Shown here: positions 19,999 through 28,975 of the stretch, piece by piece | How the letters are laid out: every line of letters begins with the position of its first letter | How positions within the stretch are numbered: position 1 is the first letter of the stretch | Assembly (NCBI GenBank): GCA_036560185.1 | Contig: DATBRS010000246.1 | Span: 1-59,431 of the forward strand | Length of the DNA stretch: 59,431 nt | Direction of reading: 5' to 3' | Source of the DNA: Myxococcota bacterium | GTDB taxonomy: Bacteria > Myxococcota_A > UBA9160 > UBA6930 | Program-made: the position numbers and the translations under genes | The notes under the pieces: generated by a model | What the model was told of the DNA's origin: nothing | What the model saw: the letters and a program-made list of their open reading frames with translations, nothing else | The model's database searches: none

Positions 19999-21080
19999 GC
20001 GCCGGCGCTTGGCGCCGCGGCTGCGGCGTCGATGCGCGCCAGCGCCCAGCGCGCGTGCTCCGCGACGCCCGCGTCGGCGCTCGCGGCGTGCCGAGCGACG
20101 GCTTCGCGCAGCTCCGCGCAGCCGCGGTTGCCGGCCGCCACCAGCGCGTTGCGCAGCAAGCCGCGGTACTTCGCGCGCCGCAGCGCCGTGCGGCGCGTGA
20201 CGGCGCGCCAGGCGTCTTCGTCGAGTGCGAGCAGCCACGCGAGCGTGGCCGCCTCGAGCGCAGGCCGCGGCGCGAACTGCGCCCGCAGCGCCGCGCCGGC
20301 GGCGCTCGCCGGCTCGGGGCTGCGCGCCGCGCGCGCGTTCCACGGGCACACCTCCTGGCACACGTCGCAGCCGAACACCCAGTCGCGCTGGGGGCCGCGG
20401 AGCGCCTCGGGAATCGCGCCGCGCAGCTCGATCGTCGTGTACGAGAGACAGCGTGTGGCATCGAGCACGTAGGGTTCGGGGAAGGCGTCCGTGGGGCACG
20501 CGTCCAAGCACGCGCGACACGTGCCGCAGTGGTCGGGCTCCTCCGCGTCCGCAGGGAGCGCCAGATCCGTGATCACGATGCCGAGGAAGAAGTACGAACC
20601 CAGCGCGCGGTCGATCAGCAGCGTGTGCTTGCCGATCCAGCCGAGCCCGGCGCGCGCCGCCGCGGGGCGCTCGAGCACCGGGCCGGTGTCGACGTAGGAG
20701 CGCAGCGCGATCGGCGCGGCCGCCAGCGCCTCGATGCCGCTCTCGAACGCGTCGAGGCGCTCGCGCAGCACCTCGTGGTAGTCGTCGCCGCCGGCGTAAC
20801 GCGCGATCCGGCAATCCGCGGCGCCCGATTCTTCTCGCGCCTCTGCAGGCGCGTAGCGCAGCGCGACGGCGATCAGGCTGCGCGCACCCGGCACGAGCCG
20901 GCGCGGGTCGATGCGTTCCTCGACGCGGCGCGCGAGGTACGTCATCTCGCCGGCGTAGCCGCGCGCGATCCACTCGCGCAGGAATGCGTTCCGCGGCGCC
21001 GGCGCGGCCGGCCCGAAGCCGACTCGCTCGAAGCCCAGCGCGAGGCCCAGCGCGCGCACGCGCTCGGCGAGCGAGCTCAT
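19995..21080 (-). CDS. queG: tRNA epoxyqueuosine(34) reductase
   Basis: IARYAGGDDYH, YVDTGPVLER, GLGWIGKH, Fe-S motifs CGTCRACLDACPT and RCLSY...GCDVCQEVCPWN. ATG 21080 overlaps the exosortase stop. Confidence 0.96.
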   Translation of the reverse strand: MSSLAERVRALGLALGFERVGFGPAAPAPRNAFLREWIARGYAGEMTYLARRVEERIDPRRLVPGARSLIAVALRYAPAEAREESGAADCRIARYAGGDDYHEVLRERLDAFESGIEALAAAPIALRSYVDTGPVLERPAAARAGLGWIGKHTLLIDRALGSYFFLGIVITDLALPADAEEPDHCGTCRACLDACPTDAFPEPYVLDATRCLSYTTIELRGAIPEALRGPQRDWVFGCDVCQEVCPWNARAARSPEPASAAGAALRAQFAPRPALEAATLAWLLALDEDAWRAVTRRTALRRAKYRGLLRNALVAAGNRGCAELREAVARHAASADAGVAEHARWALARIDAAAAAPSAGA

Positions 21081-21934
21081 GCCGCGAGGCGCTGCTCGAC
21101 CCGGCGCAGGCCGGCGTCGGCCGCCAATAACAAGCTCACCGCGATCACGTAGATCGAGAGCCCGAGCGCGGTATGCACCCAGCCCGTCGTCGCGCGCTCG
21201 AGGCCGATCACGGGGCACAGCAGCACGGTCATCACGACACGCGCGAGGTTGCCGACCAGCGCGGCTGGAATCACGAGGGCGATCAGCGCGAGGCGGGTTC
21301 GCCGCCGATCGAGGCTCAGGAACGCGAGCAGCACGCCGATCGCGGTCAGCGTGTAGAGCGAGGTGGCGCCGCTGCACGCGGCCGCGACCTCGACTTGCAG
21401 GCCGCCAGCCATCTGGATGACGTAGCCGTCGAGGTAGACCGGCACGCCGAGCGAATACAGCGTCGCCACGGACCACTCCGACGCCCAGCCCTGGAGCCAC
21501 ACGACCAGCGGCCCATGCCACTCCTCGGGCGGCGGCACCATGAACAGCAGGTAGGCGAGCGGGAAGGCGAGCGCGCGCACCCACGGCCAGCCGCGCCGCA
21601 GCCAGAGCAGCCCGACCACGCTGATCACGACCCCGAGGCCCGCGATCGTCAGCGCTGATCCGAGCAGGCCGCCGAACGCGAGCGCGAGCCCGCCGCCGAG
21701 GGCGGCCAGTGCGCGCAGATCGCGGCTCGATTCGAGCGCGCCGAGCTCGGCCGTGCGGCTGGCCGCCACGAAGCCCGAGACGACCGGCACGAGGAAGCCG
21801 TGCGACATGTGCTCGGAGCTCCACCACATCCTGCCGAGCGCGATCAGCACGGGGCCGAGGACGGCCAGGAGCCCCGCTGCGAGTAGCTTGTCGTTGGCAG
21901 CCACGCGCAAGCCGGCATTCGACGCGTCGGTCAA
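21077..21934 (-). CDS. Exosortase / archaeosortase family transpeptidase
   Basis: SHGFLVP, LAFPLAYLLFMVP, catalytic Cys in EVAAACSG, Arg in GNLAR and His in WVHTALG. About 8 TM helices. TTG 21934 follows a GGAG SD. Confidence 0.88.
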   Translation of the reverse strand: MTDASNAGLRVAANDKLLAAGLLAVLGPVLIALGRMWWSSEHMSHGFLVPVVSGFVAASRTAELGALESSRDLRALAALGGGLALAFGGLLGSALTIAGLGVVISVVGLLWLRRGWPWVRALAFPLAYLLFMVPPPEEWHGPLVVWLQGWASEWSVATLYSLGVPVYLDGYVIQMAGGLQVEVAAACSGATSLYTLTAIGVLLAFLSLDRRRTRLALIALVIPAALVGNLARVVMTVLLCPVIGLERATTGWVHTALGLSIYVIAVSLLLAADAGLRRVEQRLAA

Positions 21935-22048
21935 TGTTGCTCCAGCTCGATCGGCGCAGTATCGGCGGGCGGCGCGCAAAGTGGAATGGCCACGAGCACA
22001 TCACGAACTCGGCGCGCGCGCGACTCACTTGACACCGGCCACGCGCCG

Positions 22049-23074
22049 ATGGAAGCCGCAATGCAAGACCGCCTCGCCTTTTTGATCGGCGCGCCGCGCT
22101 CCGGCACCACGCTCACGGCGCGCATGCTCGGCGCGCATCCCGACGTGCTCGCGCCGCCCGAGCCGCACCTGATGCCCCCGCTCGCGCACCTCGGGCTCCA
22201 CGAGCGCGTGGATCAGGCGCCCTACGACCCGGTCATCACGCAGATCGGCCTGCGTGAATTCGTGGCCGGCCTGCCCGGCGGCGAGCGCGACTACCTCGAC
22301 GGCCTGCGGCGCTTCACCGATCACCTCTACGAGCGCGCCCTCGCACCCAGCGGGCGCCGAATTTACCTCGACAAGACGCCCGCTTACGCGCTCGTCCTCG
22401 ACTTTCTCGCGAAGCTCTATCCGCAGGCGAAGTTCATCGTGCTGACGCGCCATCCGATCGCGATCTGGTCGTCCTACGTCGACTCGTTCTTCGCTGGTGA
22501 CGCCGCCGCGGCGCACGCGCGGAATCCGCTGCTCGAACGCTACGTGCCGGCGATCGCGCGCTTCCTGCGCGAGCGCCCCGTCCCGCTGCTGCACGTTCGC
22601 TACGAGGCGCTGGTGCGAGAGCCGGAGCAACAGCTCGGGGCGATCTGCAAGTTCCTCGGCGTCGACTTCGAGCCGCGCATGATCGATTACGGCGCCGCGG
22701 AGGGCGTGGCCCGCCCGGTGGCTTCGGGCCTCGGCGACCCAGTGGGCGTCGACCGCCAGAGCCGGCCGACCACGCAATCGGTCGGGAAGTGGGCGGAGGC
22801 GCTGGCTGCGGACCCGGTCCGTCTGGCGCAATCGCGCGAGATCGCGGCGCGCCTCACCGACGCAGATCTCGAGATCTGGGGGTACGCGGGACCGGCGCTG
22901 CGTCGTGCGCTCGCGGAGATCGCTCCCACGCAAGCAGGCCCGAGCCGCGCGCAGCTCTCGCGCTACGCGCTCGAGCGCCGACTCCTGGTCGCCCTGCGCC
23001 GTGACATCCACCGCAACGCCCTCGGCCGCTTGGTGCGGCGCGTGCGCACGATCTGCGACGTGCTGCTGCGCTGA
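22049..23074 (+). CDS. PAPS-dependent sulfotransferase
   Basis: 5'-PSB loop IGAPRSGTT, YLDKTP, 3'-PB motif LTRHPIAIWSS and VRYEALV. The start could be 22049 or 22061. Confidence 0.9.
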   Translation: MEAAMQDRLAFLIGAPRSGTTLTARMLGAHPDVLAPPEPHLMPPLAHLGLHERVDQAPYDPVITQIGLREFVAGLPGGERDYLDGLRRFTDHLYERALAPSGRRIYLDKTPAYALVLDFLAKLYPQAKFIVLTRHPIAIWSSYVDSFFAGDAAAAHARNPLLERYVPAIARFLRERPVPLLHVRYEALVREPEQQLGAICKFLGVDFEPRMIDYGAAEGVARPVASGLGDPVGVDRQSRPTTQSVGKWAEALAADPVRLAQSREIAARLTDADLEIWGYAGPALRRALAEIAPTQAGPSRAQLSRYALERRLLVALRRDIHRNALGRLVRRVRTICDVLLR

Positions 23075-23085
23075 AGCGCGGCCCC

Positions 23086-24015
23086 TCAGCGCGACGCGGT
23101 CGCGACCAGGTGCTGCACGCGGGGATCCATGAGCGCGGCGAGGGTGTCGCCGGCTTGCACGCGGGCGCGCAGCGCCTCGTCGGCGAGCAGATCCTGGAAG
23201 GCGGGGTCCTCTTTCACGCGCCGGAGCCGTGGGCCGACCTCGGCCATCACCACGGCGAGCGCGTCCTGAAATTGTTGGGCGTCGACGGCGGCGGTCGCGG
23301 GCACGAGACCGAGCGCTGCGAAGCGACCGCGGAGCTGCGCGTCGCGGGCCAGCTCAGCGAAGGTCGGGCGCGCGAGGGCGCCCGCGACGTCGCCGCTCTC
23401 GAGGTCGCGCCAGAAGCCCGCGTCGGATTGCAGCACGCGCACGCGCGGATCCGCGGCGATCTCGCTCAACGCCGCGATGCTCTCGCCGGGCCGCGCGATC
23501 CAGTGCGTCACGACGCGCGTGCCGCCGTCGCCGTTCGCGCCGATGCGCTCAGCGGCAGCGCCGGCGACCGCCTGACCCACGGCGGCGGAACGAGCCCCCG
23601 ACAGGTCCGGCAAGCCGCCGGCTGGATTCAGCTGGCGCACGCTCTCGGCGAAGCCCGCGAGCCACAGGATCGGCAGCAACAGCAAGGCGCCGCGCGCGAT
23701 CCCGAGCAGCGAGCCGAGCGCGCGAGACGCGTCGGAAGCGTCGTCGTCGGCTGCCGCCCGCACCTTGCGCGCCGCGATCTCGACCAGCCCCTGCGCCCCC
23801 AGGAACCCGAGCGCGCCTGCGGCGACCAGGCCGAGCCACGGTGCCACGCCGAGCGCGTCGGCCAGCGGTGCGCCCGCGAGCTTGCCAGCGCCCCACCCTG
23901 CGGCGTAGGCAACGGCCAGCCCGACGAGGCGCACGCCGCTCTCCGCTGCGCCGCGGTGCGCGCCGAGCCACGCGAGCGCGAAGAGCGCGAGGACGACGAC
24001 GAGATCGATCGCCAT
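23086..24015 (-). CDS. CvpA-family membrane protein with a long soluble C-terminal extension
   Basis: N-terminal DLVVVLALFALAWLGAHRG and SRALGSLLGIARG are CvpA hallmarks. About 4 TMs are followed by roughly 150 aa of hydrophilic helical sequence. Confidence 0.75.
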   Translation of the reverse strand: MAIDLVVVLALFALAWLGAHRGAAESGVRLVGLAVAYAAGWGAGKLAGAPLADALGVAPWLGLVAAGALGFLGAQGLVEIAARKVRAAADDDASDASRALGSLLGIARGALLLLPILWLAGFAESVRQLNPAGGLPDLSGARSAAVGQAVAGAAAERIGANGDGGTRVVTHWIARPGESIAALSEIAADPRVRVLQSDAGFWRDLESGDVAGALARPTFAELARDAQLRGRFAALGLVPATAAVDAQQFQDALAVVMAEVGPRLRRVKEDPAFQDLLADEALRARVQAGDTLAALMDPRVQHLVATASR

Positions 24016-24060
24016 GCGCGAACAATCGACCTCCCCGAGCGCGCGCTGAAGCGCCCGGGG

Positions 24061-24101
24061 TGCAGCATCGGCGCTGCAGGGGTGCAGGATTCGGCCTGCA
24101 C
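24061..24101. promoter_or_regulatory. Tandem palindromic enhancer-like sites (putative upstream activator sequences for the sigma54 activator)
   Basis: TGCAGC-atcggc-GCTGCA (24061-24078) and GTGCAGG-attcgg-CCTGCAC (24082-24101). Both have a 6-nt spacer and their centres are 22 bp apart. Confidence 0.7.
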
Positions 24102-24150
24102 TTTTGACGCGCGATTCGGCGCGCGGACGCCGCTGCGTGCGAATCAGCGC

Positions 24151-24166
24151 TGGCACGCCGGTTGCT
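24151..24166 (+). promoter_or_regulatory. sigma54 (-24/-12) promoter of the kinase-regulator operon
   Basis: TGGCACGCCGGTTGCT matches the TGGCAC-N5-TTGCW consensus with exact GG-N10-GC spacing. Confidence 0.85.
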
Positions 24167-24198
24167 CTTTGGACTCGTCCATGCTGCGATGGAACGCA

Positions 24199-25280
24199 AT
24201 GGACCAGCACCCCGGCGACTGGCGCGACCTGCGGCGCGCGATGCGCGACGCACGCCGCGCGGCGCGTCGAGCGCGCATGGGCGGCTACGGGCTCGCGCCT
24301 CGGCAAGACCTGACGCCCGAGCAGCGGGCCCTGCGCGACGCCAAGCGCGCCGCCGACGCGCGCATCGGCTTCCTGATCCACGGCACGATCTACGCGCTCG
24401 TGATCTTCGGAATCCTGATCAGCGGCGGCTTCGTGGCCGCGCTCACGACGGCGATCTTCTGGGGCATCGGCGTCGCCTCGCATTTCATCGCCGCGATCGC
24501 GGGGCCGGAGCTGCGCAAGCGCTGGATCGAGCAGCAAGTCGCGCCACGGGTCGTCACCGAGACTCAGCAACAGCGCCGCGATCTCGAGGGCGAGCAAGCC
24601 CGCCGCGTCCAGCGGCTCTCGGCTTCGCTCGCACACGAGATCCGCAATCCGATCACCGCGGCCAAGAGCCTCGTGCAGCAAATGGGCGAGGACCCGGCCG
24701 CCGCGGAGAACGTGAACTACGCGCAGGTCGCGCTGCAGGAGCTGGAGCGCGTCGAGCGCTCGATCGCGCACTTGTTGAAGTTCGCGCGCGAGGAGGAGCT
24801 GAAGCTGGCGAGCGCGCGGCTCGACGAGATCGTGATCTCCGCGCTCGCGACGCTGCGCGATCGCATGCGCGACCTCGGCGTGAAGCTCGAGACGGACACC
24901 GCGGGCGCCGGCGCTTTGACGTGCGACGCCGAGCAGCTGCGGCGCGTCGTGATCAATCTCGCGACCAACGCGCTCGACGCCCTGCGCGACGCGAAGACTC
25001 CGGCCCCGCGCCTGCGCGTCGCGGTCGGCGAGAACCTCGCGGGCACCGAGGCGTGGCTGTCGGTGCGCGACAACGGGCCTGGCATTCCGGCCGAGCATCT
25101 GCCGCGCCTGTTCGATCCGTTCTTCACCGCCAAGGACGGCGGCACCGGCCTCGGCCTCGCGCTCGCCAAGAAGATCGTGGACGCCCACGGCGGAACGATC
25201 GAGACGAAGAGCGAGCCGGCGCATGGCGCCGAGTTCGTCGTGACGCTGCCGAAGTCCCGGCCGAGCGCGGGAGCACAGGC

Positions 25281-25284
<4 letters not shown>
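24199..25284 (+). CDS. Sensor histidine kinase with N-terminal 2TM domain
   Basis: 2TM-like segment GFLIHGTIY...FWGIGVASH...RKRWIEQQV. H-box LAHEIRNP, N-box VVINLATNALDA, G1 VRDNGPGI, F-box LFDPFFT and G2 GGTGLGLA. The start could be 24181 or 24199. Confidence 0.92.
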
Positions 25285-26693
<1,409 letters not shown>

Positions 26694-26759
26694 GCCATCG
26701 CGCGCGCGCCCTCGAGATTTCCGCTTCGAGCAGTGAACCCCGCCCGAAACGCGCCGCGT

Positions 26760-26775
26760 AGGCACGCGTAGGGCA
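26760..26775 (+). promoter_or_regulatory. Possible secondary sigma54 promoter upstream of pspA
   Basis: AGGCACGCGTAGGGCA has GG-N10-GC spacing and a good -24 element (GGCACG), but the -12 element is degenerate (GGGC instead of TTGC). Confidence 0.35.
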
Positions 26776-26809
26776 AGCGCGGCGCAGCGCGCGCCGCACG
26801 GAGGACTGG

Positions 26810-27556
26810 ATGGACTCGCACGATCGACCCGGCTTCTTCGCACGCCTCGGCTCCCTGATGCGAGGGCTCGGCTTCGGCTGGGTGCGCGATCGCGAGGAGC
26901 GCAACCCGCGCGCGGTGTACGAGCAGGCGATTCAGGCGCGCCTCGGGCAGTACCGCTCGCTGAAGGACGCCGTCGCCGGCATCCTCTACACCCGTAACAA
27001 GCTCGAAGCCGAGCTGGCCGAGCGCCGCCACGAGCTCGCTCGCACCGTCGACGACATTCGCCGCGCGCTCACGCGGAGCGACGATGCCGCCGGCCTCGCG
27101 CTGGTGCAGCACAAGCAGAACGTGCTGGCGGACGTCGAGCGCGTCGAGCGCGAGGTCGAGACGCTGCGCGGCGAGGCCGAGGACGCGAAGAAGAACCTGA
27201 TGCGCTTCCGCGAGGAGATCCGCTCGCTCGAGCACGAGAAGGGCCGCATGCTCGCGGCGCTCGCCAGCGCGCGCGCGCGCCGGCGCATGCACGAGGCGCT
27301 CGACGGCCTGTCGGTGGAAGCCGACGTGCAGGCGCTCGAGAACGTGCGCATGCACGTGCAGCGCTCCGTCGCCGCCGCGACGCTCGAGCGCGAGCTCGGC
27401 GCGGGCGACGAGACCACGCAGCGCATCCGCGCGCTGCGCCGCGAAGCGATCGAGGAAGGCGCACGGCGCGAGTTCGAGGAGCTGAAGCGCCTGCACGGCG
27501 CGCACAACGTCGCCGCGCTGGCGGGCCGCGAGGTCAGCGCGGGCGGGCTCGCGTGA
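26810..27556 (+). CDS. pspA: PspA/IM30 (Vipp1 / ESCRT-III-like) family protein
   Basis: N-terminal amphipathic helix GFFARLGSLMRGLGFGW, the conserved Pro in ERNPRAVYEQAI, long coiled coils, DDAAGLALVQHK and ALDGLSVEAD. GGAGG SD. Confidence 0.85.
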   Translation: MDSHDRPGFFARLGSLMRGLGFGWVRDREERNPRAVYEQAIQARLGQYRSLKDAVAGILYTRNKLEAELAERRHELARTVDDIRRALTRSDDAAGLALVQHKQNVLADVERVEREVETLRGEAEDAKKNLMRFREEIRSLEHEKGRMLAALASARARRRMHEALDGLSVEADVQALENVRMHVQRSVAAATLERELGAGDETTQRIRALRREAIEEGARREFEELKRLHGAHNVAALAGREVSAGGLA

Positions 27557-27590
27557 GCGCGCACTGCCGCGCGGAAGGTGGAGGGCTGCG

Positions 27591-28082
27591 ATGAGCACGG
27601 ACGCGCGCGCGCTCCCCGAATGGACCGACGCGCTCGCGCGTCCGCGCCTTCCCGCGCGGCAACAGCGCGACGACGAGCGCGAGTTCGCACCCGCGCTGCG
27701 CGCCATCGCGCGGGCCAAGAAGCTGGCTCCGCAGCTCCAGCTGCTCGGGCGCGTGCACACGTTGTTAGGCGCGGCGGCGCTCAGCGCCGCGCTCGGCGCG
27801 AGCGTCGTCCTCGGCGGCGCCGTGCTGTTCGCGAGCCCGGTACCGCAGTGGGCGCTCGCCGTGGGCGGGGCGCTGGTCGCAGCGCTCGGGCTGCTCGGCC
27901 TTCCCTGGCTCGCGTTGGGCTTCGGCCTGCGCCGGCGGCGCGCGTGGGCACGCACGCTGGGCTTCGTTTGCAGCGCCGTGCTCCTGCCCTTCGCGCCGCT
28001 CGGGACCGCGCTCGCGGCCTGGACGCTCGTGGTGTTGCTCGGCTGGAACCCGGCCCTCGCACGGGCGGCCGGGGCGGACTGA
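27591..28082 (+). CDS. Small multi-pass membrane protein
   Basis: About 4 hydrophobic segments and the motif LGFGLRRRRAWARTLG...LLPFAPLGTALAAWTLVVLL. GGAGG SD; lies 34 nt after pspA. Confidence 0.7.
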   Translation: MSTDARALPEWTDALARPRLPARQQRDDEREFAPALRAIARAKKLAPQLQLLGRVHTLLGAAALSAALGASVVLGGAVLFASPVPQWALAVGGALVAALGLLGLPWLALGFGLRRRRAWARTLGFVCSAVLLPFAPLGTALAAWTLVVLLGWNPALARAAGAD

Positions 28083-28153
28083 ACGAGCGCGCGCGGCCGC
28101 AGCCGCGGCGCGCCATCCCGCCTAGCATGCGCTCCTCACACCGAGGAGCCGAC

Positions 28154-28942
28154 ATGTCCGAGCAAGTCGTCCTGGTCGAGCGCGCGGACGGCCTTGCGGT
28201 CGTCACGCTGAATCGGCCTGCATCGCGCAACGCGCTGAACGCCGCGCTGCGCCGCGGCCTGCGCGACACGTTCCGCGAGCTGGAGAACGATGCGAGCGTC
28301 CGGGCCGTGATCCTGACGGGGGCGGGCAAGGCGTTCTGCGCCGGCCTCGACCTGAAGGAAATGGGCGAGCGCGGCCCCGGTGCGGGCGGCGAGGGCGAAG
28401 CCGGGGGCCTCTCCCACGGGCTCGTCGAGACGATCGAGCGCTATCCGCATCCGGTGATCGGCGCGATCAACGGCGTCGCGATCACGGGCGGCTTCGAGCT
28501 CGCCCTCGCCTGCGACGTGCTGGTCGGCTGCCCGGAGACGCGCTTCGCGGACACGCATGCGCGCGTCGGCATCCTGCCGGGCTGGGGGCTCTCGCAGAAG
28601 CTCTCGCGCGTGATGGGCCCGTGGCGCGCGAAGCTGGTGTCCTTCACCGGCAATTTCATCAGCGCCGACGAGTCCGAGCGCTGGGGCCTGCTCGCGCGGG
28701 TGGTGCCGAGCGATCAGCTGATGCCGACCTGCCGGCAGCTCGCCAAGGACATGCTCTCGTGCGTGCCCGGCGCGCTCGCCGGCTACAAGCGCATGATCGA
28801 CGAGGGCTACGCGATCAACTACGGCGACGCGCGCGCGCTCGAGGTGAAGCTCTCGAACGAGCACATCCGTTCAGTTTCGGCGAAAGACATCGCCGAGCGG
28901 CGAGCGGGCGTGGTCGCGCGCGGGCGCTCGCAGAGCTCGTGA
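28154..28942 (+). CDS. Enoyl-CoA hydratase / crotonase family protein
   Basis: TLNRP..RNAL, AFCAGLDLKE, AINGVAITGGFELALACD and FADTHARVGILPGWG, where His replaces the second catalytic Glu. GAGGAG SD. Confidence 0.93.
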   Translation: MSEQVVLVERADGLAVVTLNRPASRNALNAALRRGLRDTFRELENDASVRAVILTGAGKAFCAGLDLKEMGERGPGAGGEGEAGGLSHGLVETIERYPHPVIGAINGVAITGGFELALACDVLVGCPETRFADTHARVGILPGWGLSQKLSRVMGPWRAKLVSFTGNFISADESERWGLLARVVPSDQLMPTCRQLAKDMLSCVPGALAGYKRMIDEGYAINYGDARALEVKLSNEHIRSVSAKDIAERRAGVVARGRSQSS

Positions 28943-28975
28943 GCCCCGCGCAGCGGTGAGCTCCGCGCGGCGCGC

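Noticed and set aside
22029-22034. Perfect TTGACA upstream of the sulfotransferase
   Set aside because: No acceptable -10 at 16-18 nt spacing.
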